This document shows positions 49,387 through 58,278 of a stretch of DNA of 64,000 nucleotides, one piece after another. The position numbers were made by a program, and so were the translations under genes. The stretch's first letter is position 1. Each line of letters begins with the position of its first letter. The notes under the pieces were generated by a model, which saw only the letters and a program-made list of their open reading frames with translations, made no database searches and was not told where the DNA came from. Origin of the DNA: an uncultured Candidatus Saccharibacteria bacterium (GTDB taxonomy: Bacteria; Patescibacteriota; Doudnabacteria; UBA920); NCBI GenBank assembly GCA_964631145.1, contig CAZVXT010000001.1, positions 255,151 to 319,150 of the forward strand, in the 5' to 3' direction.

Positions 49387-49491
49387 GTTAGTATTATAAC
49401 TGTTTTTGATTATATCGTCAATTTAATCAAGCTTTAACGCTTGATTAATTTTGTAATTTTAAGTATAATGTATTTCTTCAAGGAGGATATT

Positions 49492-50250
49492 ATGACAACT
49501 TACACGCAACGATTAAATCGGCTCATTTTGGCATTTGAACAATCAGGTGCCATTAGATCGAATCAAAATTTAGATCAAGATTTAACAAAAATTTTGCTCT
49601 ACTTTAGAGAGATTGAAGGTTTAGTAGAAAAATTTTATTACAACATGGTTTGTAATTTGCCACTAAGTCAGTATCAAGAAATTGTTGAGTTTGCAAAACA
49701 GTGGAGCACAGAAGAAGAAAGACATAAAGTAATTTTAGACTTGTATCTGCAATCTAAAAATATTTATGCTCCAGAAATAACTTCACCAAAGTTGAGTTTG
49801 AAGACAAAATTAACTTTGTTTCTTGCCAAATTTCTTCGTCCTATTACTTTAAGAGTTTATTTGTTAATAGGAATGGTTAACGAAGCAACAACAGCTTCTG
49901 GGTATGGTGCTATTAAAGACCTTGCTTCTGATGTCGATTTAAAAGAAATTGCTGAAGCAATTAAAATTGAAGAATCCCATCACTTTGGTTTTTATAAAAC
50001 TCAAGCTCTAAAGTTGCTTAAAAATAGTTGCATAGAAAAATGTCTAGTAAAATTATTTTTCAAATACTCGTGGCAGCCAGTAGGTAGTGGAGAAGCAAAT
50101 GCACAAAATTGCATTAAGCTTTTATTGGCAAACAAAGAAATATGCTCTAAATTTTATCTTGGGGTAAAAACTAAGTTAAAAGCTTTAGACAATCAACTGC
50201 CTTGGTTTTCTGAATATGTAATTTTAAAACTAAAAGAGTTACACAGTTAA
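49492..50250 (+). CDS. Ferritin-like di-iron protein (acyl-ACP desaturase-like fold)
   Basis: IE…W..EEERH, NE..T..GY, EESHHFGFY motifs; AGGAGG at 49481-49486. Confidence 0.75.
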   Translation: MTTYTQRLNRLILAFEQSGAIRSNQNLDQDLTKILLYFREIEGLVEKFYYNMVCNLPLSQYQEIVEFAKQWSTEEERHKVILDLYLQSKNIYAPEITSPKLSLKTKLTLFLAKFLRPITLRVYLLIGMVNEATTASGYGAIKDLASDVDLKEIAEAIKIEESHHFGFYKTQALKLLKNSCIEKCLVKLFFKYSWQPVGSGEANAQNCIKLLLANKEICSKFYLGVKTKLKALDNQLPWFSEYVILKLKELHS

Positions 50251-50291
50251 AGAAATAATAATGCCTTGTAATATACAAGGCATTTTTTGTT

Positions 50292-51929
50292 TTAGTGGTG
50301 TTTAATATGTTCTGTATAAAAGCTTAAATCGGCATCAGTCTTTTTGTGGGGATTGAAGATGTTTTGCGGATCAAAAATTTGTTTTACTTGTTTAAATAAA
50401 TCAAAAACTTTTTCTCCGTACATGCTTTCTAAAAATGGTCCACGCACCAAACCGTCATTATGTTCTGCAGCAATTGAACCTTTATAATTTTTGACTAAAG
50501 CAAATACTTTGTCGCTGATTTCTATCACTTGATTTCTATGCTCTGGGATAGACAAGTCTACTAAAGGAATTATATGAAAGTTTGCATCACCGGCATGCCC
50601 TGCGATTGTGTAAGTAAAGTCTGGGTAAGAATTAAAAATTTCATCTAATTGAGGCATAAATTGCGGAAGCTGTTCTGGGTGCACAATGATATCTTCGACA
50701 AATGGAGCAGAAATTTTTCTTGCATTATGTTGTCTTAATAGATTGTAGCTTTCTCTGCGAATTGTCCAATATTTTTGACTATCTTCATAGTCTTTTGCTA
50801 GCTTAGTTTTTAATCCAAATTTATCTAAAAGTGCTTGGCTTGTATTTTGTGCTTTACTTTCTGCTTCTGCTTGTGTGTCAGCTGTAAATTCTGCAAGTAA
50901 AACAATTTGTGGTAATCCTTTTTTTATCATCAGCCAAAGTTCTGGGAAAAATTTAAAGAGCATTTTTAAAGTAGAAGCTTTACTTTTGCTAATTAACTCT
51001 GGTAAGTACCTTAACGCTAAACTTAAGGTATGTTGATCAAATAATTCGAAGCTTTCGGGGTTATAAGAATTGACTAAGTTAATGATATCGCCAAGTTGTT
51101 TGGTATCGGCGAGATAGCATACCATTAATTGTCTGCCGCGGAGGATAGGAACTAGGCGCCATTTAATTTTAGAAATTATTCCTAAAGTGCCTTGACTGCC
51201 AACAAATAGCTTTGTTAAATCAAAAGTTTTTCCATTCCATACATCCCATAAATAGTAACCGGTAGAGTTTTTGGAAGTGTTTGGTTTGGCATCTTGGATA
51301 GTTCGGTAGTTGTCTTGTATTAACTGATAAACTTGTTTGTATAAATTGCCTTCATAATCATTTTGAGCCATTTTTTTGTTTAGCTCCTCTTCTGTTAAAG
51401 GAGTGATGTGATAAGTTTTCCCATCTGCTAAAGTAACATCCAGCTCTAAAACATAATCAATAGCCTGTCCGTATCGAAGTGTTTTTTCGCCGCCGCAATT
51501 ATTACCAACCATCCCACCAACTGCACACCATGCTTTAGAAACAGGGTAGGTTGGCATGATTGTATTTTGAGCAATTAATTTTGGTTCTAAATCTCTAAAA
51601 TAAACACCGCTTTCTGTAGTAACATTGTGCGTGTTAAGTTCAGAAATTTTGTTTAAATGTTTTGATACGTCTAGTACAATAGAATTATTAATGCTACCGC
51701 CTGTCATGTCTGTGCCGCCAGCGCGGGCTGTAATCGAAAGTTCTGGGTTGGCGGCTTTATTTAGACTAACCCAAGAAACTATTTGTTCTATGTCTTTGGT
51801 ATTTTCAGGAAATATTATGGCACTTGGAGTAATTTCAAAAATACTCGCATCTCTGCTATAAAATTCCTTGTCTGCTTCGTGGGTTGTTATTGCTCCTTTT
51901 ATTTTTTGTTTCAGTTCGTCAAAGTTCAT
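50292..51929 (-). CDS. FAD-binding oxidoreductase (GlcD/D-lactate dehydrogenase family)
   Basis: YSRDAS, RAGGTDMTGG, GGMVGNN, GSQGTLG, GHAGDANFH, EHNDG, FDPQNIFNP. Confidence 0.92.
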   Translation of the reverse strand: MNFDELKQKIKGAITTHEADKEFYSRDASIFEITPSAIIFPENTKDIEQIVSWVSLNKAANPELSITARAGGTDMTGGSINNSIVLDVSKHLNKISELNTHNVTTESGVYFRDLEPKLIAQNTIMPTYPVSKAWCAVGGMVGNNCGGEKTLRYGQAIDYVLELDVTLADGKTYHITPLTEEELNKKMAQNDYEGNLYKQVYQLIQDNYRTIQDAKPNTSKNSTGYYLWDVWNGKTFDLTKLFVGSQGTLGIISKIKWRLVPILRGRQLMVCYLADTKQLGDIINLVNSYNPESFELFDQHTLSLALRYLPELISKSKASTLKMLFKFFPELWLMIKKGLPQIVLLAEFTADTQAEAESKAQNTSQALLDKFGLKTKLAKDYEDSQKYWTIRRESYNLLRQHNARKISAPFVEDIIVHPEQLPQFMPQLDEIFNSYPDFTYTIAGHAGDANFHIIPLVDLSIPEHRNQVIEISDKVFALVKNYKGSIAAEHNDGLVRGPFLESMYGEKVFDLFKQVKQIFDPQNIFNPHKKTDADLSFYTEHIKHH

Positions 51930-51976
51930 ATGTATATTATATCAAATAAAAAAGCAAGCGTTGCTTGCTTAGGTGA

Positions 51977-52300
51977 TTAGGAGTGTTTTTTCTCCCAGTC
52001 TAATATTTGCTGTTCAATTTGTTCTGCACTAATTCCTATGATTTGTGCGAGCTTTATTGCATTAATGATAAGTAATGCAGGGATTTTTGCAAGTGGTTTT
52101 GTATGAAAAGTAACTTGATGATCGCTGTGTTCAACTTCAGTTGCAATATCTCCAGAAATTTTATTGATATGCAGTAATATATGATTAATGGCAAAATTAT
52201 TTTCACCATTGTATGTCATTTCTCTATTTTTAATCGGGTAAGCGATAGAGTTAAAATCCCACGACTTTTCAATTATTGTAAACAATGTCTTGATTTTCAT
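51977..52300 (-). CDS. Hypothetical protein, possibly MazG-like helical fold
   Basis: H.LLH..K..G.IA..VE..DH…L…A..LA…GI pattern; GGAGG 8 nt before ATG; TTGACA-16-TATAAT. Confidence 0.55.
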   Translation of the reverse strand: MKIKTLFTIIEKSWDFNSIAYPIKNREMTYNGENNFAINHILLHINKISGDIATEVEHSDHQVTFHTKPLAKIPALLIINAIKLAQIIGISAEQIEQQILDWEKKHS

Positions 52301-52392
52301 ATTAATTTCCTCCATTTTTTTTGAATTATATATTAGACGCAGTTTTTGTCAATTTTTTGACATGCTCGTTAATTATAAACTAAACTAATGGT

Positions 52393-52872
52393 ATGCCTAT
52401 AGATATAAAAGAGCAACAACCAAAATTAGATATCGCAGAAAGGTTTACCAATTGGATCGGTTCAACTACTTCGATAGTTGTTCATACGATATTATTTATC
52501 GCTGCTTTTGCTTTAGTATTTTTTGGTGTAGCTTTTGATACTATACTGTTAGTGTTAACAACTGCAGTATCTTTAGAAGCAATCTATTTGGCATTGTTTA
52601 TTCAGATGACTGTAAATAAAAATACTCAGAGTTTGGCTGACGTTGAAGAAGACATTGATGAGATTCAGGAAGACATTGATGAGATCCAAGAAGATGTTGA
52701 AGAAATTGAAAAAGATATTGATGAGATCCAAGAAGATGTTGATGATATCGAAAAAGATGGAGAAGAGGATGATCTCCATGATGCTGCAACAATGAAGACT
52801 CTTAATGAAATTCAGGCTAATATGATGAAGCTGATGCAAGAGTTAGAGCATTTAAAAAATCAAAAGAAATAG
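52393..52872 (+). CDS. DUF1003-family membrane protein with acidic heptad coiled coil
   Basis: WIGS..S…HT, LT..VSLEAIYLALFIQM.VN; (E/K)D(I/V)(D/E)EIQ-type repeats. Confidence 0.85.
   Translation: MPIDIKEQQPKLDIAERFTNWIGSTTSIVVHTILFIAAFALVFFGVAFDTILLVLTTAVSLEAIYLALFIQMTVNKNTQSLADVEEDIDEIQEDIDEIQEDVEEIEKDIDEIQEDVDDIEKDGEEDDLHDAATMKTLNEIQANMMKLMQELEHLKNQKK
52648..52752 (+). repeat. Five imperfect 21-bp tandem repeats (coding)
   Basis: GAAGACATTGATGAGATTCAG and four variants encoding EDIDEIQ-like heptads. Confidence 0.9.
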
Positions 52873-52933
52873 ATTAATGGTTGAATTTTTCAACCATTTT
52901 TGTTAATATAACAAAAATTCTAGGAGGTAAGGT

Positions 52934-53413
52934 ATGATTAGGTTTAATGCATGGAGCCAAATAGTGGCTTTAAGCCAACAACAAGAAGCATTTTTATCTA
53001 TTAAGAAACAAATGCAAGAAGATCAAAAAATAAGAACAAAGCATGACTTTGGTATTCCTGTATCTAGGTATTTTGTATTAATAAAAATTGGCGATCAAGA
53101 AATGATATGCTTTTTTGGACAAGACGGTAAACAATATGTTTTATCCGTAGATGTTTTTACACCACAGATTTGTGCATATACTTGTTTTTCTGACCTTGTA
53201 GATAAAGAATATCAAGAAACCTATCAAAGAATATCGGCTAAATTTTCTGAAAAAATGCCTATTATGGAATCTTTAGGTGAAGCAATCAAGTTTGCTAAAA
53301 TAGGAGTATTAACAAAATTACCTAATAATTGCATGGAACCTCATGATAATGGTAACGCAACTTATGAAGCTTTGCTAGAAAGAGCAGAATATTATTTACA
53401 ACACGGTAAATAA
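52934..53413 (+). CDS. Hypothetical protein
   Basis: 159 aa; AGGAGG at 52922-52927; terminator at 53417-53450. Confidence 0.75.
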   Translation: MIRFNAWSQIVALSQQQEAFLSIKKQMQEDQKIRTKHDFGIPVSRYFVLIKIGDQEMICFFGQDGKQYVLSVDVFTPQICAYTCFSDLVDKEYQETYQRISAKFSEKMPIMESLGEAIKFAKIGVLTKLPNNCMEPHDNGNATYEALLERAEYYLQHGK

Positions 53414-53451
53414 TATAAAAGACTATGAAATTTCATAGTCTTATTTTTTTA

Positions 53452-53532
53452 TTACCACAACATTTTGTAAATGAGCACAAATATTATTGTGCAAATTATG
53501 ACAAAACCCTTTCTGCCAATTTTTATATTCAT
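53452..53532 (-). CDS. SD-led 26-aa hydrophobic micropeptide
   Basis: AAGGAGGTGTT-ATG; MNIKIGRKGFVIICTIIFVLIYKMLW; stop lies right at the bidirectional terminator. Confidence 0.55.
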   Translation of the reverse strand: MNIKIGRKGFVIICTIIFVLIYKMLW

Positions 53533-53556
53533 AACACCTCCTTTGTATCAATATAA

Positions 53557-55302
53557 TTATTCACTAGCGATTTGTTGACGCCACATCGCATAGTATAAGC
53601 CTTGCTTCTTTAATAATTCGTCGTGGCTGCCTTGTTCTATTAATTTGCCTTTTTCAAGAACATAAATTGTATCAGCGTGAGTAATTGTAGAGAGTCTGTG
53701 AGCAATCAGGATGCGGATTAAATTCGGATGTTCTTTTTCGATCTTTTTAATAGTATCTGTAATGTGTTGTTCTGTTAAAGAGTCTAAGCTAGAAGTTGCT
53801 TCGTCAAAAATCAATACATCTGGATTTCGAAGTAGGGCACGAGCAATTGCTAATCTTTGCTTTTCGCCACCACTTAGTTTTAATCCGCCTTCGCCGATTT
53901 TAGTGTTAAGTCCTAAGTTTTGTCCTCGATCTAAAATACTATCTGCGCTAGATGCTTTAAGTGCATTAATACATTCTTCATCAGTTGCATTTGGCTTGAC
54001 GAAGATCAGATTTTCTCTAATGGTTCCAGCAAATAATTGAGTGTCTTGTGCCACCAAACCAATTTTTTGTCTAAGTTTAGAAAAGTCAATTTGTTTGCTA
54101 TCGATATTGTTGTATAGAAGTTGTCCGGAAACTGGTTTGTATAAACCAACAATAGTTTTGATGGTTGTGGATTTACCGCTTCCAGATGGACCAACAAAAG
54201 CAACTGTTTTTCCTGGTTGAATTGTAAAGCTTATATCGTTAAGGGCGTGTTGAGTGTTGTCTTGATAACCAAAAGAAACGTTTTTAAATTCGATTGAGCT
54301 AATCTTTTCGATTGGACTAGCATCTTCTACGACTGGTTCTTTTTGTAGAGCAAGAATTTCTTCAAGTTTGCCGAGGCTTGCTTTGGTCTCTTGGTAGCTA
54401 GTTGCAACTTGTCCAATCATAGACAAAGGATTGAAGATAAAGAAGGAGTAGAACATCAAGCTAAAGAATTGTCCTAAGGTAATGACTTTAGCAAAAATTA
54501 ACCACAACATTAAAAGTAATAAACCCATGCGAAGTGCATTGATTAAGGTGCCTTGAATAAAATTATAAGTGCGTACTAATCTTACTTTCTTAAGCTCTAG
54601 TTCTAATATTTTTTCGTTGGTGGTATTAAGTCTGTTAACTTCTTGATTTTCTAACCCTAAGGATTTTACTAATTCTACATTTCTAATAGTTTCGGTTGTG
54701 CTACCAGCAAGACTTTGTGTTTCTGCGACAATATCAGTTTGAACCTCTCTGATCCTTTTAGAAATAATAAAAGTGACAAAGCCAAGCACGGGGATCATAG
54801 AAAAGTATGCAAGTCCTATGCTCCAATGTACGATAAATGCGTATACTAAAACAAATACTACACCAACGATAGTAAAGAATAATAAATCAATGCTTGTGTT
54901 AATAAGCATGCGGCTGTCTTGGCGAGCATTTTGTAACTTGGCTAAAAATTCTCCACTGCGTTGATCTTCAAATACAGAGTAGGGTAAAGAGAAAGAGTGC
55001 GTAACGCTATCATTATAAAGTTGTGCTCCAAGTCTTTGAGAAATCATATTGCTGTAATAGTCTTGAAAGCTTTTTGCAATTCTAGAGACCATTGCCACTC
55101 CCATAGTAGCAATCAACATTAAAATTACTCCTTGGATATATTCGGTGCGAGTAAGCTGATCAAATTTTGAGGCATACTTATCGATGATTATTCTAAAGAT
55201 TTGCGGGTCTAATAAAGAAAACACCTGGTTAATGGTTGCGAGCCCCAGGGCTAAGAATAAAAGTTTCTTATAATTTTTTAAATATTGCCATAGTAAATTC
55301 AT
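53557..55302 (-). CDS. ABC exporter, fused permease/ATPase (MsbA/Atm1-like)
   Basis: TM domain; [29 protein letters not shown]. Confidence 0.94.
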   Translation of the reverse strand: MNLLWQYLKNYKKLLFLALGLATINQVFSLLDPQIFRIIIDKYASKFDQLTRTEYIQGVILMLIATMGVAMVSRIAKSFQDYYSNMISQRLGAQLYNDSVTHSFSLPYSVFEDQRSGEFLAKLQNARQDSRMLINTSIDLLFFTIVGVVFVLVYAFIVHWSIGLAYFSMIPVLGFVTFIISKRIREVQTDIVAETQSLAGSTTETIRNVELVKSLGLENQEVNRLNTTNEKILELELKKVRLVRTYNFIQGTLINALRMGLLLLMLWLIFAKVITLGQFFSLMFYSFFIFNPLSMIGQVATSYQETKASLGKLEEILALQKEPVVEDASPIEKISSIEFKNVSFGYQDNTQHALNDISFTIQPGKTVAFVGPSGSGKSTTIKTIVGLYKPVSGQLLYNNIDSKQIDFSKLRQKIGLVAQDTQLFAGTIRENLIFVKPNATDEECINALKASSADSILDRGQNLGLNTKIGEGGLKLSGGEKQRLAIARALLRNPDVLIFDEATSSLDSLTEQHITDTIKKIEKEHPNLIRILIAHRLSTITHADTIYVLEKGKLIEQGSHDELLKKQGLYYAMWRQQIASE

Positions 55303-55306
55303 AAAT

Positions 55307-55441
55307 TTATCGAAGTTGTTGATTAATTTTTGGTTTGGTTAAGTGGTCTTTATTTGGACTTTTGGTTAAGTAAAAGTATGCTCCGGTTAAAAGTATAACC
55401 AAAATTATAATTATGAGTGCTAAATAATTTTTGTTTTTCAT
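55307..55441 (-). CDS. 44-aa single-TM micropeptide
   Basis: MKNKNYLALIIIILVILLTGAYFYLTKSPNKDHLTKPKINQQLR; fills the gap with 4-nt spacers on both sides. Confidence 0.65.
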   Translation of the reverse strand: MKNKNYLALIIIILVILLTGAYFYLTKSPNKDHLTKPKINQQLR

Positions 55442-55445
55442 ATTC

Positions 55446-56132
55446 TTAAATAATATCTGACCTGTTTACTATTTGATATTTTCCAGGGGCGAGATTACTT
55501 GGTAAAGATAACTTGTTTATTCTAATGCGTTTTAAATTTTTTACACCTAGACCAACTGCGTTAAACATGCGACGGATTTGACGCTTTTTCCCTTCATGAA
55601 TAGTTATCAAAACTTTACCGCTTTTTGTTTTTACTTTTGCGGCTGAAGTTAATCCAGAAGAAATTTCTACCCCTTGTCTTAGCTTGTCTAATTGTTGGGT
55701 TTTAGGGTCTATATCTGTAATAACTTCATATTCTTTGTCATGTTCGTATTTTGGATGGGCGAGCTGTTCTGTTAAATCTCCATCATTGGTTAAAATAATC
55801 AAACCTTCAGTTTCGTAATCCAATCTGCCCACATTCCAAACACTGGTTCTTAGTTCTTCTGGTAAAAGCGAAAAGATGGTTTTTCTTCCTTGAGGATCTC
55901 TTTTGCTGACAACATAACCACGTGGCTTGTATAAAGCGATATAGTGTTTTAGATTTTTTGGCTTAATGATTTTGCCGTAAACTTTTACTTCATCTTTATC
56001 AGGGTTAACTTTGTCTCCAAGCTTAGCTCGTCGTCCGTTAATAGAAACTTGCCCTGATTTAATAAACTCCTCAGCTTTACGCCTAGAAGCTATACCTTGC
56101 TCGCTTAAAAATTTTTGTACTCGTTCTAACAT
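55446..56132 (-). CDS. rRNA pseudouridine synthase (RluB/RsuA family, S4 domain)
   Basis: ERVQKFLS..GIASRRKAE, KPRGY, VGRLD, EGKKRQIRRM. Confidence 0.94.
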   Translation of the reverse strand: MLERVQKFLSEQGIASRRKAEEFIKSGQVSINGRRAKLGDKVNPDKDEVKVYGKIIKPKNLKHYIALYKPRGYVVSKRDPQGRKTIFSLLPEELRTSVWNVGRLDYETEGLIILTNDGDLTEQLAHPKYEHDKEYEVITDIDPKTQQLDKLRQGVEISSGLTSAAKVKTKSGKVLITIHEGKKRQIRRMFNAVGLGVKNLKRIRINKLSLPSNLAPGKYQIVNRSDII

Positions 56133-56198
56133 ATATGTATTTTAGCAGGTTGCTGTAACTTCTGGTAGTAGTTACAATATAGAAAAATGGAGGATAAA

Positions 56199-56951
56199 AT
56201 GAGTAGATTAATAGATAAATTTTTAATTTGGTTGCATAAAACATATCCCTTGCCAAAGCCAGAACTAATAGTTTGGTTAAGGCATGGAGAATCTGAACAT
56301 AATGTAATGCCTAGAGAAAATGGGGTTATAATTGACCAAGTGAGTAGAGAAGTGTTAGAAAATTTTCCTACTGACCACAATGTTTCTCTTACCGAAAAAG
56401 GCATGAGGCAAGCTTTGCTAACAGGTGAAGGAATTAAAAAAGAATTTGGGTTATTCGATGTAATTTATCATTCAGGTTATCAAAGAACTAAGCAGACTTT
56501 AGATAATGTGCTAAAAGCTTATACCTACGAAGAGCGGTTGCAAATGAAGATTAGGGCAAATCATAAAATCGCAGAAAGGCAAGCGGGTTATACTTTTGGA
56601 GTGAATAAAGAAATGGTTGATAAGCTTTACCCTGACTATGCTAATTACTCCAAAAAGTATGGATATTTCTGGAGCAAACCTCCGGGAGGCGAAAATCAGT
56701 TTGAAGTTGTCACGCGGATTTATAGTTTTATAGGAGAAATGTTTAGGACCAGACCAGGTCAAAAAATATTAGTAGTTTGTCATGGTGGTGTTATTAGAGC
56801 GGCTCGTTATAATTTAGAATGCTGGGATGTGGAAGATTATCAGGCAGATTTAAATAACGGAGTTGCGCCTAATTGCAGTGTTACTGTTTATAAAAGAGAT
56901 CAAAAAAATAACCAATTAAAATTGAGCATTTTAGACCAAATTTACTATTAA
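56199..56951 (+). CDS. Histidine phosphatase superfamily protein
   Basis: LRHGES.HN, LT..G..QA, R..QT, PPGGE, VVCHGG, PNCS; GGAGG 5 nt before ATG 56199. Confidence 0.9.
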   Translation: MSRLIDKFLIWLHKTYPLPKPELIVWLRHGESEHNVMPRENGVIIDQVSREVLENFPTDHNVSLTEKGMRQALLTGEGIKKEFGLFDVIYHSGYQRTKQTLDNVLKAYTYEERLQMKIRANHKIAERQAGYTFGVNKEMVDKLYPDYANYSKKYGYFWSKPPGGENQFEVVTRIYSFIGEMFRTRPGQKILVVCHGGVIRAARYNLECWDVEDYQADLNNGVAPNCSVTVYKRDQKNNQLKLSILDQIYY

Positions 56952-57050
56952 ATAGTTTAAAATAAATGACTTGACTAAAATTGTTATTTATGATATACTT
57001 AATTCAGCAATTTAATTGCTGATTTTTTATTTTCTTAGGAGGAATTTAAA

Positions 57051-57509
57051 ATGAAAAAAATATTTACAATTTTTTTCTTGAGTATAACTTTAACTTTATC
57101 TGCTTTTGCAGTCGAGGATGAAAATCCAGAAACAAATTTGTTTCTGGAAAACGTAATGGACAATTTAGTCCAAGGACAATGTCCTCAAATAAATAAGTTT
57201 TCTGATAATACAATTTTTCATGCTATGGAAACAAAGTATGATGAAGTAGTTTTAGGTTCGCTGCCATTCTCAAACGGGTTCATGGCGGAACTTAATCATC
57301 GAAGCAAAAATTTGGTTAAAGTTGGTGCGATTTTATTACCGCAACCCAATACTCGAAGTCGTTTTAGCGAAAAGCAATTTGTCTCGGTGGACTTTGAGGT
57401 TTGGTCAAAAGCCAACAAAAAAGGCGAAAGGGAATTAAAAGTTGTAAACTTCAAATTTTACAACGCAGTGAATGCTTCGCAAAAAGTATTTGCCTGCAGT
57501 GTGAGATAA
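57051..57509 (+). CDS. Hypothetical secreted protein
   Basis: Signal peptide (…SAFA|V); AGGAGG at 57037-57042; TTGACT-17-TATACT. Confidence 0.75.
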   Translation: MKKIFTIFFLSITLTLSAFAVEDENPETNLFLENVMDNLVQGQCPQINKFSDNTIFHAMETKYDEVVLGSLPFSNGFMAELNHRSKNLVKVGAILLPQPNTRSRFSEKQFVSVDFEVWSKANKKGERELKVVNFKFYNAVNASQKVFACSVR

Positions 57510-57595
57510 TTATCAAAAGTGTTAGTCTAAAAACTAACGCTTTTTTCTTTTATCAAAATAAAAAAGCGTCTAAGTAAATTAGACGTTTTTTATAA

Positions 57596-57672
57596 TGGTG
57601 ACCTCGGCTGGGATCGAACCAGCGACCTAGAGATTAGAAGTCTCTCGCTCTATCCAACTGAGCTACGAGGTC
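57596..57672 (-). tRNA. tRNA-Arg(TCT)
   Basis: GACCTCG…CGAGGTC-A-CCA; anticodon arm AGAGA-CTTCTAA-TCTCT. Confidence 0.96.
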
Positions 57673-57747
57673 TTATATACATTGACTTTTTAGCTTAACT
57701 ATACTATAATAGCAAAATCTTATTTAAATTTCAAGGAGGAAATAATA

Positions 57748-58086
57748 ATGTCAGGTATTGCTAATCAAAAAATTCCAACTATAGGTAGAACAGATCCTAG
57801 AAGGATAGAGGAATTGGAAAAAGATTTATTAGGGGTAAGTTTTTTTGAATCCGAGGATGGAAATAAAACAATTTTATTTTCCAATCATCTTCATATTATT
57901 CAAAAAATTTATAACTTGCTTTGTGCTGATAAAATAGGACAAGATTTGCTGGCAGAGTATAATAGCCAACCTTCCAACGCCCTAAGAATTTTATCAGTTT
58001 TAAAATTTCATGGTCTGTTAGGAGAAAAAATTTCTGTGATACAATCTGATTCGGTTTTTGGAAATTACATAGAGTTTACAAGTTAG
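57748..58086 (+). CDS. Hypothetical protein
   Basis: 112 aa; AAGGAGG at 57733-57739; TTGACT-17-TATAAT at 57682-57710. Confidence 0.72.
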   Translation: MSGIANQKIPTIGRTDPRRIEELEKDLLGVSFFESEDGNKTILFSNHLHIIQKIYNLLCADKIGQDLLAEYNSQPSNALRILSVLKFHGLLGEKISVIQSDSVFGNYIEFTS

Positions 58087-58201
58087 TTGTTAATGCAACT
58101 GAGGAGGTTTTATGTTTTGCTCCCGCGTGAGCTTTAACTAGTATTTTCATTTATATAATTATAACAAAAAATAAAAACGCCATATAAAGGCGTTTTTATT
58201 A

Positions 58202-58278
58202 TGGTGCACCCGACAGGATTCGAACCTATGACCTCCCGCTCCGCAAGCGGACGCTCTATCCAGCTGAGCTACGGGTGC
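58202..58278 (-). tRNA. tRNA-Arg(GCG)
   Basis: GCACCCG…CGGGTGC-A-CCA; anticodon arm TCCGC-TTGCGGA-GCGGG. Confidence 0.93.

Noticed and set aside
55334-55371. TTTGGTTAAGT direct repeat as an operator
   Set aside because: Falls inside the 44-aa micro-ORF and corresponds to the repeated LTK peptide.
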